From: Azolla caroliniana
Taxonomy: Eukaryota; Plantae; Polypodiophyta
NCBI GenBank assembly: GCA_043228905.1
Contig: JBHGNT010000009.1
Coordinates: 19,592,001 to 19,656,000, forward strand
Reading direction: 5' to 3'
Length of the DNA: 64,000 bases
Shown here: one piece after another, positions 50,098-61,872 of the stretch
Layout: each line of letters begins with the position of its first letter
How positions within the stretch are numbered: position 1 is the first letter of the stretch
Made by a program: the position numbers and the translations under genes
Notes under the pieces: generated by a model
The model's input: only the letters and a program-made list of their open reading frames with translations
Told to the model about the DNA's origin: nothing
Databases searched by the model: none

Positions 50098-52212
50098 ATG
50101 GAGGAGCAAATAAGGCTTATGTGTACGATGATGGAACGAGTGATGCGGGAACAAGGGATGATGGCAAGCATCGACAAAGCCGTCGACAATATTCTTGCAC
50201 GAGTAGGAATCTTCGAAGGTATAAATTTAACAAGATTTCTGAAGATTTATAATGAAGAAATGCTTAAACGCGGTGTCGACGAAGCTACAAAAATTAATAG
50301 CTTTAGTCGAGTCACTGCGATTGGGCTACAAGAAAGGATCCAGGAGCTACAGAGGGAACATCAGACATGGGTGACTTTCGAAAGAGCATTGCTAAATGAA
50401 TACAACCTCAACGATATGTCAAGGATGACAAGGCGAGCCTTCATGGATTGGGTAGAGTCTAATAAACATTTAAGTGTTTTGGAAGTATTAAAAGAGTTTT
50501 CTGAAAGATTTGAGCAACTAAATGTTAGAGATAGAAATATAATAATGCCAGATAAAGTAATATTGTTTCTACAAGCTACTAATATTAAAGACAGGAAGGA
50601 CTTGGGAATGCTTTTAGAAGATCAGAATAGTCCAAGTGGACTTACCGAAGATTGGGAGGAGGTGAAAAGGGCGTGCGCCCATTTCTGCAAAAGAAAGTTA
50701 TGGTTTATGGAGTTGCCCGACAGAAATGATGAAGAAACGGGGAACGAGTCGGGAGAAAAGAAAGTAGAAGAATCACTCTTACACGAATTAGTGAAAGGCA
50801 TGAAAGACTTGTCGATCAAAGTGACGAAGCTAGAATCGGGACAAAGCTCGACTTCATCAAGGCAGGGAGGTGGAATGGTCCGAAGGTGTATGTGGTGTGA
50901 TAGTATCGACCACCGGAAGAAAGATTGTCAAGAGCATAGGGATGCTCTTAATCATAATAAAATCTACTATCAAGATGGCAAGATTCACTCAACTGAGACT
51001 CGACAACCACTTCAACTCAACTTCGGGCGAGGAGGAATGAAAAGGCTAATGGAAGATGCCGAGAGAGAAACGACTCAAGCGATACAATCCGTGGCAACCT
51101 TAGGATTGCGCGTAGAAGACTCATATGGTGGATCTGGCTTTTGGCAAGATGTGATGGATTATACAAGAAAAGGGAAGGTTCGAGTGGATGAATTAAAAAG
51201 AGCGGGAGATGAAATACGAAACTTCACTGGATGGAATGATCCAGTAGACGCGCTATCAGCATTCGCCCAAGTGAATGCACAAGATGTGCTAGTGGAAGAG
51301 AAGCGGAAGAGAGCTGAGGAAGCTGATCCGACAAAGAGACATGAGACACGAGAACAAAAGAGAAGGGAGATGGAAAAGGGTGCTATTGAGCTGAAGGAAG
51401 CTGATAAAGTAAAAGGAAAGACAGGCCCATCTTTCAAGCTTGCCTCAGACATAGAAACAACGACGGATATAAAAAAGGTACTAGAAACAAGAATATTAAA
51501 TAGTAAGGTAGAATTTACTTTAAGAGAAGTGTTGGGTATAGCAAAGAAAGAATTTCATGAAGTTATCATAGATATTATTAGAAGGAAGAGACAGGTGACG
51601 GAGGAAATTACGGGAGGGTGTGCAGCAACACTCCAAGATTTGTATGGTGGCACCATCAATGCTGCAAGTGTAAAAAACCAGAATGATGTTGGCGTCCATG
51701 AAGGGGATAGGAGTCACTATACAAGGGACCATTGGGCTCGAGCAACAACGGAGGCACCTGCAAAAATTGGGGAGCAGCAAATTCCATGTATTGCTTTGAT
51801 CGATCATGGATCAGAGATTAACATGATGTCATCGGAATTTTACGCTCGAGGAAGATGGCCGATCGACAAGAATCATGGGTGGAAAATAAGAGCTGCCACA
51901 AAAACTACGGAGGATCTATTCGGAGCATGTCCTAGTGTGAAGGTAACAATTGGTGATGTCTCGGTGAATCAAAATTTCTTTGTGCAGGATCGATCAACCT
52001 ACCCCATCATCCTTGGCCAGCCCTACATCACTGCAGTGAGGATGGAAACAAAGGTTATTGATGATGGTTCGGCTTTCGCGAGAATCAAGAGTCAAGATGG
52101 AAGAAAGACTGTCCAATTCTTAACCGTGAGGCCCAACCATGAAAGAAACAAAGAATGCTTGAGGGAACATCCAATTCAAGAGATGGATGAAGAGTTTTCC
52201 CAGGATTTTTAG
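50098..52212 (+). CDS. gag: Gag-protease polyprotein (704 aa)
   Basis: Intact ORF with CCHC knuckle CMWCDSIDHRKKDC and protease-like ALIDHGSEINMM. Confidence 0.9.
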   Translation: MEEQIRLMCTMMERVMREQGMMASIDKAVDNILARVGIFEGINLTRFLKIYNEEMLKRGVDEATKINSFSRVTAIGLQERIQELQREHQTWVTFERALLNEYNLNDMSRMTRRAFMDWVESNKHLSVLEVLKEFSERFEQLNVRDRNIIMPDKVILFLQATNIKDRKDLGMLLEDQNSPSGLTEDWEEVKRACAHFCKRKLWFMELPDRNDEETGNESGEKKVEESLLHELVKGMKDLSIKVTKLESGQSSTSSRQGGGMVRRCMWCDSIDHRKKDCQEHRDALNHNKIYYQDGKIHSTETRQPLQLNFGRGGMKRLMEDAERETTQAIQSVATLGLRVEDSYGGSGFWQDVMDYTRKGKVRVDELKRAGDEIRNFTGWNDPVDALSAFAQVNAQDVLVEEKRKRAEEADPTKRHETREQKRREMEKGAIELKEADKVKGKTGPSFKLASDIETTTDIKKVLETRILNSKVEFTLREVLGIAKKEFHEVIIDIIRRKRQVTEEITGGCAATLQDLYGGTINAASVKNQNDVGVHEGDRSHYTRDHWARATTEAPAKIGEQQIPCIALIDHGSEINMMSSEFYARGRWPIDKNHGWKIRAATKTTEDLFGACPSVKVTIGDVSVNQNFFVQDRSTYPIILGQPYITAVRMETKVIDDGSAFARIKSQDGRKTVQFLTVRPNHERNKECLREHPIQEMDEEFSQDF

Positions 52213-52265
52213 ATAGGGCTTTTACAGGTAGGGGCTGTGATAGCCCGAGCATAAAAGAAAACCCC
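52203..52265 (+). promoter_or_regulatory. Putative -1 ribosomal frameshift signal (G GAU UUU UAG plus pseudoknot)
   Basis: Heptamer 52203-52209 before the Gag stop, 6-nt spacer, stem GGGCTTTTACA/TGTGATAGCCC, loop GGGG pairing with CCCC 52262-52265. The -1 frame is open into pol. Confidence 0.7.
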
Positions 52266-55200
52266 ATAAATAATAATGTAAATAAAGATATTCCTTGTAC
52301 AATCTCATCTAATGGTGCTACTTTTATACTAAAAGTAAATAATAATAAAATACAAAATGCTTTCGAGTACTTTAAGAGTTCTGGATTAATAGATGATGAT
52401 GAAGAAATTCAGGATATGTTTGAAGAATTAAGTTTTGAAGATACAATAACTCATTTGGAAGCAATGGAAGAAGACAACGAAATCCAAGTTCCTGTCCATT
52501 CAATCAAGATGTATGAGGTCATTGAAGAAGTTGCTCGAAAGGATCATGAAGCACATGTACTAACAAAATACAAGACAGTGGAGAAGAAGGTTCGTCCTAT
52601 TGCTGCTCCACTTCCAGGGGATAGTGAAAAGGCAATCAAAGAAGCAGCCACAGAGCCAATGATCAGAGACCCACGAAAGGTAGGACATGTGTTTACTCCG
52701 GAAACAATACAAGGGATGAAAATAGGAGGGGGTGACTTCCTATTACCCGCTGAAGAAAAACAGTTCAGGGAGATGTTAAAAAGGCATGGAAAGGCGTTTG
52801 CATTCCAACCGGAAGAAATAGGGTGTGTGGATCCAGAAATTGTGGAGCCCATGGTTATATTCACTATCCCTCATATTCCATGGAACTTTAAGCCAATACC
52901 CATGCCTAGGGCTAGAATCCCTCAACTATTAGAACTTTTGAAAGAAAAGATAAGGATGGGTATCTTGGAACCATCGAACGCTCCTTACTCGAGTCGATGG
53001 TTCACTGTGTTAAAGAAAGATGGGCGACTCCGATTTATCCAAGATATGCAACCCGTGAATAAGGTAACAATCTGAAACTCGGGAGTAGGGCCAATTGTGG
53101 ATGAGTTTGCTGAGATGTTTGCAGGAAGAGCTATATATTCAATGGGAGACCTTTATTCCGGGTATGATCAATTTCAACTTGCTATCAAAAGTCGAGATAT
53201 AACTTCTATCAAGACACCTATAGGGTTAGTACGGATGTGCACCTTGCCACAAGGAGCGACCAACTCAGTGGCACATATGATGAATGGAATGAACAAGGTA
53301 CTTCGTGATTTTATTCCTCATATTACAATGCCTTTTCTAGATGATGTTCCAATTAAGGGATGCAAGGAGGAAGAGAAGAATGAGGAATTGGACGAAAGTG
53401 GTTGCCGTCAATTCGTTGCTGATCATATCAAGGATTGTGAGAAGGTGCTATCAAGGATGGAAGAAGTGCATTTGACCTTATCAGGGGCGAAGTCAATATT
53501 TGGGGCAAAAGAGATATTAATAGTTGGTCATATGTGTGGCCCGTATGGGAGAAAGCCATCCCCAACCAAGGTCAATGCAATTCAAAATATGCAAGAGGAA
53601 TGTACATCCATCTCAGAAGTACGAAGGTTTCTGGGGGTATGTGTTTTTTACTGTAAATGGATTCCGCATTATGCCCATTTATCTGAACCTTTATATAGAC
53701 TCCTAAGAAAAGGAGAGACATTTGAATGGAGTGAAGAGCATTCAGAGGCAATGAAGAAATTGAAGTACTACTTGGCACAAGCTCCACCATTAAAGCAACC
53801 AGACTACACCCGGCCCATATATCTCACAGTAGACTCTAGTCCCATTGGAATTGGATGGGTGATAAGCCAACAAGATAAGGAAGAAAGGTATCCAGTCCGA
53901 TTCGGGGCAAAGGTTCTTAGTGGTCGACAAAGAAAATATGCACAGGTGAAAAGAGAGCTATGGGGGATAGTAACAGCTGTAAAGACAGACAGAGATTACT
54001 TAATTGGTGCTGAAGTAATAATAGAAACAGATTGTTTGCCTATTCTGGGTATCATAGCTAATTGTGATATTCCAGATCAAGCCATGTTAAGATGGTGTAT
54101 TTATATTAGATCAATCAACCCTGAAGTTCGACATATCTCTGGGAATAGAAATGCAGTAGCAGATATGTTATCAAGAGCAAGGTATGAGGAAGAGGAGATT
54201 CCAGACTCGGACGATGAGGACAAAGAACAAACAGTCCTTACCACAAGCATTACTCGGGAAGGAGGAATGCAGTTTCTAGAAGAGGAGTATGAAGATGAAT
54301 TCAAGGAAATAGGAAAATACCTACAAACCCCTGACAAGTACAAAGGTCGATCTGGAAAAGAGTTCGCACAGTTTCGCAAGAAAGCCCATAAGTTCTTCCT
54401 GTATGAAGGATATCTATGGCGACATCCGAAAACCAAGACTGGAAACCCGCAAAGAGTAATAGGTTCTGAAGGGCAAAGAAAGGAGATAATCAAAGAGCTG
54501 CATGACAAAGAATGGGCTGGTCATCGAGGAGTGTGGGCCACTTTCAGTAAGATTAAAGAACGATTTTGGTGGCCTCGATACTATGAGCAAATAAAAAAGT
54601 ATGTGGAAACTTGTCCCACTTGTCAATATTATTCAAATGTAAAATTTTGTGATGAATTACACCCAACATACTCACCGGGGGTGCATTACAAGTGGATGAT
54701 AGATTTGGTAACAATGCCACTTGGAGTAGGACAAAAGAGATACTTGGTTCTTGCTAGAGAAGATCTAACAAATCAAGTGGAAGGTCGTTCATTGAGAACA
54801 AAAGGGACATTAGGAGTATGTCAATTCATCTTAGAGGACATTGTTTGTAGATATGGATGTATCGGGAAGATAGTGGCAGATAGGGGAGAACTCAATTCTG
54901 CGGAAGCTCAAGATTTTTTCGACAAAATAGGAATTCGGCTTTCTTTGACAACGGCGTACAATCCAGAAGCTAATGGAAAGGTAGAAAGGGGACATGGGCC
55001 AATAGTCAAAGCTTTGGCAAAGGCATGTAGAGGACGGGTTAGTGATTGGCCAAAAACCTTACCCTATGCACTATGGGCTGATAGGACAACTCACAGCACT
55101 GTTACTGGATATATGCCTGCAGAATTAATCACAGGACAGAAGCCAATAATGCCAATTGAAGAAAAGATAACTACATGGGCTGTGTTGCCTTGGGAATCAG

Positions 55201-55667
55201 AAATGAGTAGGGAAGATTTACTTGCGGTTCGAATACGACAACTTCAATCAAGGATAGAAGACATAGAAAAAGCAGCTACTAGATTGAAAGAGGCAAGAAT
55301 CAAGAATAAGGACAGATTTGACAAGATGAAAAGAATACGACCAAGAAAGGTGCAAGAGGGAGATTGGGTATTAGTATATGATAATAGCCTAGATAATCAA
55401 TACAGTACTATTCGGAAGTTTGCAAAAAGATGGTTTGGACCTTATGAAGTTAGGAAAATAACAGATAAAGCCACATATTTCCTCAATGAATTAGATGGGA
55501 CAGAAATTCGTATCCCAATTGCAGGAAAAAGGATTAAAATATTTAAAAGGAGGGAGTCATTAGAGCCTGAATTTTATGAAGAAGTAGAAGAACTAAAAGA
55601 ATCGGAAGAAGTGTTGGATGAACTTTGCACAACCAATGTGCAAGTTCAGAGGGGGTGGGTGTCGTGA
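52203..55667 (+). pseudogene. pol: Pol (RT-RH-IN) in the -1 frame; single premature TGA at 53073-53075
   Basis: ORFs 52416-53075 and 53097-55667 share a frame, and the sister element has Arg at the stop (VTIRNAG). Confidence 0.9.
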
Positions 55668-56538
55668 AGAATGTGCTTCACGATATAAAAATGAGCTTAA
55701 ATGTTGTATTTAATAATATTTGAGAGACTTGAACCCACATCCTTATATACGATGTACAATGTACATACCACTAGGCTAGGCTATTTATTTGTAAAAGTGT
55801 GTAATAAATGTGCTTCATGATATAAGAATGAAGCTATATATTGTATTAAGTAAAATTGAGGAACTTGAACCCTCAACCTTGTATATCAAGCACAAACCAT
55901 ACACCACTAAGCTAGGTTATTTGTTTTAGGGTTATATCCATCATTATACTTATCCCAATACATGGGAGCTCAAATGAGCATGATGGCTATCATGCATCAC
56001 ATGCAATGCATGTGCACCAAATGGCGATCATGCATCAGATGTAACTCATGCATTACATGCATGACATTACCATATGCATGGAAATACTTATAAAAAGAGA
56101 GGAAAGGAAAACAAAAGGGGATCAAGGGAATCAAGAGAGAGTGAAAAAAAATAATACAATCAATTGAAGAAGACTAGCTCATTGGGTGGAGAACCTCTCG
56201 TTTCAAAGTTGAGGTCGTGAGTTCGAATCAAGGGTCGGTAGAGAAAGGGTTCATCTTGCTACCAAACATTGTAAAGTTGGTAAAATCTTGTATTCGTAAT
56301 ACATATCATATACTTTTTTGTCTTAAATCATAAGTTGTCTCTATCTTGCGTCTTGAATCATACATTGCCTCTATCTTTTATCTATACTAGTCTCTCTCTC
56401 ACACATATTACTTTAAACTATTATTCTTCATATCCTTTATCTTCCTAACATTTGCGCGCAAGCCTTATAAAAGTTCCTTCAACTCCCCTTAACCTTAGTC
56501 CCTGCGACTTCGCCGCACGAACCACAACTACCCCGACA

Positions 56539-57032
56539 GCGTTGCCCAAAGTGACAACCAACGTCTCCCAGCTATCCGGGAGGGAACCGAGCAGGAGTAG
56601 CGCTAGGACCTCATCGGCAAGGGGTACTTCCAATGACGTTGCCTGGTGGATCAGCCCCTGGAAGGCATTCATATGCTCCGCCATGCTGGAGCCATCTTGG
56701 TACCGGAGTCTTACTAGCTTCCGGAATACCGACACCTGATTGACAGCATTTTTGTTCTGGAACATTATGCCGATCTTCTCCCAGAGCTCATGAGCCTTGC
56801 TCTCTTCATTGAAGTTGTTGTACAGGCTCATGTCGATGAAGCACCGTATGTACGCCGTTGTCTTCATGTGCATCACCTCCCATATCGCGGCGTCGATTTT
56901 GTCCGGTCTCTTGTCCCCGAACTGAACCGGCAGCCAGAGGTCTTTAACCACGAGCATGTCCCTCATCTTCGACTTCCACACTGAATAGTTGGAGCCGGTG
57001 AGCTTGAACATGCCGCCAAACGATTCGTCCAT
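56539..57032 (-). pseudogene. gag: copia D gag N-terminus
   Basis: MDESFGGMFKLTGSNYSVWKSKMRDML...LLGSLPDSWETLVVTLGNA joins GPEGK across the insertion. Confidence 0.9.
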
Positions 57033-60000
57033 TTTCTGTGTCAACCTCGCTCTGATACCACTTGTTGGGAATTCGACGTTCCTTATGTCCGACGCTCGGC
57101 CACAATCAAGATTCTTTTCATACACAGAAAAAACTGGTAATGAAACGCGACACAAAGGGGAGAAATGGTACACAGGAGGTTTACGTGGAAAACCCCAAAA
57201 TAGGGGAAAAACCACGGCAGCCCACAGGCTGCAAACTGTCACTATGTAGGAATATACAACAGTGAGTTCACTGAGGCAACGACCTCGTGCTCTCAGATCT
57301 TCACCACAGGCGGCGGTTACAACAGAGGCAACGACCTCGTCTCTCTCTCTCTCTCTCTCTGTGTACAGTTACGCGCTCTCGCTTCTTCTTGCACTAACAA
57401 GGAAGAATAACAACAACAAAACGACACAACAACTACACCTAAGAGTTTGCCCTAAGTCCTATTTATACTAATATGACTTTTCGGCTATTTACAAATGTAG
57501 CCTCGATGGGCTCTGAGAAACATATTTACGAATATGTCTCTTCCTCCTGTTCATACCGGGCCTGCACCATCCGGCTCTCCGTAGTCGGGTACTCCCCATC
57601 CGGTTCATACCGGGCCTACACCATCCGGCTCTCCACAGTCGGGGTACTCCCCATCCGGTTCATATCGGGCCTACACCATCCGGCTCTCTGCAGTCGGGTA
57701 CTCCCCATCCGGTTCATACCGGGCCTACACCATCCGGCTCTCCGCAGTCGGGTACTCCCCATCCGGTTCATACCGTTTCCCATCCGGAGTTTGTTCGTCG
57801 GCACTGTTCTTCTCCCTTCCCATCCGAAGGGACCTGTCTCCCAACAGTTTGTTTGGTCTGAAGAAGTAGACATGGCTTTTGAGAGTCTTAAGAAGGCATT
57901 TACATCAGCTTCTATTCTAGCTCATGTTGATCCAGAAAAATCATTCATCATCGAAGCAGACGCGTCGGATTTTGCATTGGGTAGCATTCTCTCACATCAT
58001 GTGGCGATGATGAAAAGGTCCATCATGTGGCTTTCCACTCACGCAAGTTTGACGCCACCGAAATCAACTATGAAACTCATGGTAAGGAGCTATTAGCAGT
58101 AGTGGACTCTTTTACGCAATGGAGGCATTTTATAGAGGGATCTTCTCATCAAATCACTGTATTCAGTGATCACAAAAACCTTGCCTACTTTCCAAATGCT
58201 CGTGTGTTAAATCAACGTCAAGCTCGGTGGGCCCAATTCCTCACTCGTTTCGACTTCAAAATTACATATCATCCGGGGAAGCAACAAGGGAAGGCAGATG
58301 CATTATCACAACGCTTGTATCTAGCAGTGCGTCTTGGCGAACCAACTTTCGATAACCAAAAGCAAGTAATCTTGGGACCAACACGACTACAAACAACGCA
58401 AGTCTTCGGTATGCCCTTGGATTCCCACGTTATCGATACCATACGTGAGGACTTGAAGACAGATGGTTTCGCCCAAGCCATTCTAGCACAAATTGATCCC
58501 TCTCGAGCATCTTGTTCATAATCGCAACAACCAGGTACGGACTATCGACAATTCGAATGTCATGATGGATTACTACTCTTTAAGAAACTCTTGTATGTTC
58601 CTAATGGTTCTTGTCAACTTCGAGTAGTCCAAAACTGTCATGACACATATACAACTAGGCATTTTGGTAGTACTAAAACATTAGATTTAGTACAACGATC
58701 ATTCTGGTGGCCCCATATGCGACAATTTGTTGAAAACTTTGTTCGGACTTGTGATACATGTTGCAGAGCAAAAATGCCAAGGCACCATCCATATGGTTTA
58801 TTAGAACCATTACCAATTCCAAGCAAGCCATGGCAATCCATTGCTCTAGATTTCATCACAGATCTTCCGATCTTTAAGGCATTCGAAGCGATCTTAACAT
58901 TAGTAGATCCATATATGAAGATGGCCCATTTCGTGCCATGTACTAAGGAAATCTCCAGTAAGGAAACCACTGAAACTGTCATGCGTGAAGTATGTCGGCA
59001 TCATGGCCTTCCCGATAGTATCATCAACGACCGTGAACCCCAATTCATCTCGAAATTCTGGAAGCACCTCTTTAAAATGCTCAAGATCACTTGTAATGTC
59101 TCCTTCGGCTACCACCCGCAAACAGACGGCCAAGCAGAACGAACAAATCAAACGCTGGAGCAGTATCTTTGGTGCTTTCTAAGCTATCATCAAGATAATT
59201 GGGCAAATATTCTCCACTTCGCCGAATTTGCGTATAATAACTCTATCCACTCATCGACAAAGGTTACACCATTTTATGCTTATACAGGTTGTCACCCCCG
59301 GTGGTGTGTATTTGAAACCCTAGAGTTACCCACAAATCCTTGCTCAAAGGATCGTTTGGAGCAGTTACGCAAGATACAAGCGGATTTATCTACTCATCTA
59401 CAACAAGCTCAACAAACACACAAGGTTTACACGGATCGTCATCGGCTTCCATCCTATTTTAACATTGGAGATCGGGTATGGCTACTATGACGACACATCA
59501 AGACTACTCGCCCATGCGAGAAGTTGGATTATCGGCGATTAGGCCCTTTCCGTATTATCGGAAAAATTAATGATGTCGCTTTTCGTCTCAATCTACCTCC
59601 GCAACTTCGGATACATTCGGTGTTTCATAGTTCTCTCCTCGAACCCTATCAAGACAACACCATCCTAAGTCGCATTAAACAACCTCCACCCCCGATTAAA
59701 CTTGAAGATGGACCTGAGTACGAGGTTGCCGACATCCTCGATTCCAAGATTGTTCGCAACAAGCTCTACTATTTAGTCAATCAATGGCTAGGATATAGTC
59801 CCAGCGAGCGTACTTGGGAACCAATAGAGAATGTGACCAATGCACGTGCTCTTCTTGAAGACTTCCATCATCAATATCCAGACAAACTGGGTCCTCAATC
59901 CAAAACGACTCATGACACTCATCATTTTAAAGGGGGGATACTGTCATGATATGGCAAGACTCAAATCCATGACCTTATGTTACATGGGTCGAGCTCTTGA

Positions 60001-60411
60001 CCATTAGACTATATGTTGCAATATGAAAAATATTATTTTCATTTAAGTTTTACTATAGAAAATTGATGTATATTCCAGATTCTCTGGAACATTCTAGAAA
60101 CTTTAGGAGTACTCTTGAGAACATTATAAAAAGGAGGCACAAGGCATTATTTCGAACCAAATCAGTTATTATTTTGAACCAAATCAGTTCAATGCCAGTC
60201 TTAAGCCTCTTAGCTACTATTGTATATTCTCTTAACATAATATATATCGTTTGTTATCATCATTCTCTCTCTCTCTCTCTCTCACACTCTTTCCTTCTCT
60301 CGAGAGTTCTACACCTCCCTTAGTACTAATCTTCAGCTTTTAGTACTAATTCCTTCTTTGTCTTAGTACTATTCCTGACAATACTTCTCTGTCTTAGTAT
60401 TGTTCCTGACA

Positions 60412-61085
60412 ACATCCATTTGGCCCGCACCCTAGTTTTCCATGCTCAGACCAAGCACATTGAGGTGCACTACCACTTTATCTGAGAACGTGTCTTGGCT
60501 GGGGATACCGACCTACAATATATTAGCACAACTCTGCAGACGGCCGACATCTTCACGAAAGCCCTAGGCATTGACAAGTTGTAGCAGTTCGCGACGAACC
60601 TCGGTCTCTCGATCACCGACCAACCGTGCTTGAGGGGGAGTACGACGGAGTAGAGTAGAACGATCACGATTAACCATCCAGTCAACCGAAGCCAATTTAG
60701 CCAAGCCAAAATAATTCGAAAACAAAAAGCTAAAGTTGAATCAGCCAAATCGAAGACCGAACCAAACCAACTTTTCGACGTCTGGAAGTTGCGTTTGAAG
60801 GGGCGTGTTGAGAATCGAACTCAACTTCCCTTGTGTGGGAACATACCTTAGTGTGTGAACACCCCACCACCTACTATAGTAACTAGTATGTCATTGAATC
60901 TTATAGTCCTATGACATATATTCAGTGTAGTTTAGTCTCCACCTCCCTTTAGTTAAGAGGTGGTTGTAGAAAGAGAAAAGAGAAGCTGACTATATAAACA
61001 CCTACCCACCTTATTTGTAATGTTGGTCATTCTTGTAATCTTTCTTTGATAATATATAGTCTTTACTTGTTTTGTGTATACTTGA

Positions 61086-61160
<75 letters not shown>

Positions 61161-61198
61161 TCTCTTCTACTACACATAATCACTCTCAGTTCTTTACA
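60412..61198 (+). mobile_element. copia remnant E: RNase H end, two PPTs and 3' LTR 60806-61198
   Basis: [14 protein letters not shown]...ADIFTKALG, PPTs at ~60630 and ~60796, LTR TGTTGAGAATC...TTCTTTACA like element A. Confidence 0.8.
61089..61160. repeat. (CT)n(CA)n compound microsatellite in the LTR of element E
   Basis: Directly visible. Confidence 0.9.
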
Positions 61199-61415
61199 AT
61201 ATAATACTCTTTCAACTTCAAATTGATTCATGGGGACAGGTTTTTGTCAAGCAAGAGGACCTAAGCAAAAGGTTTATGTAGACGACCCTAGGGATATGGT
61301 GCATGAAAACATATATGCATATTGCAACATTGGTACATACTTTAGCATGTGGAAAAAGGGGCAAAGTAGGGGGAGTGAAAATATTAATAAAACTTTAAAA
61401 ACTAATAAAATTGAA

Positions 61416-61470
61416 TGGCCTAGTGGTTAGGGCTAATCAATATGTGTAAAAGGATTAGAGGTTGATTCCT
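61416..61470 (+). other. tRNA-derived (SINE-head-like) fragment
   Basis: A-box-like TGGCCTAGTGGTTAGGGC and degenerate B-box GGTT-GATTCC. No full cloverleaf. Confidence 0.45.
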
Positions 61471-61872
61471 TGTTAGAGCGGCTATATTAAAGTCTATTAT
61501 TTTTTACTTTATTTATATGAGAAAATGGACATTTGCGTTTAATCCAAATGGGCGCCCCCCTTCCCTATAGAAAGAGGGAGGGAGGGCTCATTTTGGGTCT
61601 TTGGTTTTTTTCTTGTTTTGGAGGAGTCTTCTTTATCTTCTTCCTTCTTCGTTCTCAGGGCATTCATGTGTTCGTCATTGGTGCACTCGAGTGAAGACAA
61701 TGAGGAGTGGCCAAACTTCTTCAAGCGGTCCGTGATATCCTCGAGCTTGTTCAACGGAGGCAACAAGGGGTAGGGTTGGCAAGCCATTGCGCCGGTTGCT
61801 CATAGGGAGGATGACATGGCATGATAACTCTACCTGATTCGAGGCATCATAGCTTTCGGAGGTAGTTGTGGT

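Larger units (their letters stand above)
49180..56538 (+). mobile_element. Very young non-chromoviral Ty3/gypsy element (AT-rich relative of 30304-37234)
   Basis: 879-bp LTRs 49180-50058 and 55660-56538 differ at 2 positions by eye. TSD GCGT (49176-49179, 56539-56542), PBS TGGTGAACCCGACGTGAA 50063-50080 (complement of the plant tRNA-Trp 3' end), PPT AGAGGGGGTGGG ~55648-55659. Confidence 0.96.
44865..57846 (-). mobile_element. Full-length Tnt1-like Ty1/copia element D, young; gag interrupted by a Ty3 element
   Basis: TSD GTTTG (44860-44864, 57847-57851), LTRs 44865-45597 and 57063-57846, Met PBS 57049-57060, PPT 45598-45608. Confidence 0.95.
44230..60411 (+). mobile_element. Second Tcn1-like chromovirus copy, 5'-deleted; host of copia D
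   Basis: RT from VDYRGLNK (44231) to 44864 resumes at 57847. RH, IN (58591-59490), chromodomain (59524-59949), PPT, 3' LTR 59942-60380 with terminal duplication to 60411. Highly similar to 7860-10963. Confidence 0.9.

Noticed and set aside
56445-57242. 265-aa ORF as a novel gene
   Set aside because: Chimera of LTR sequence, copia gag N-terminus and the inserted Ty3 LTR.
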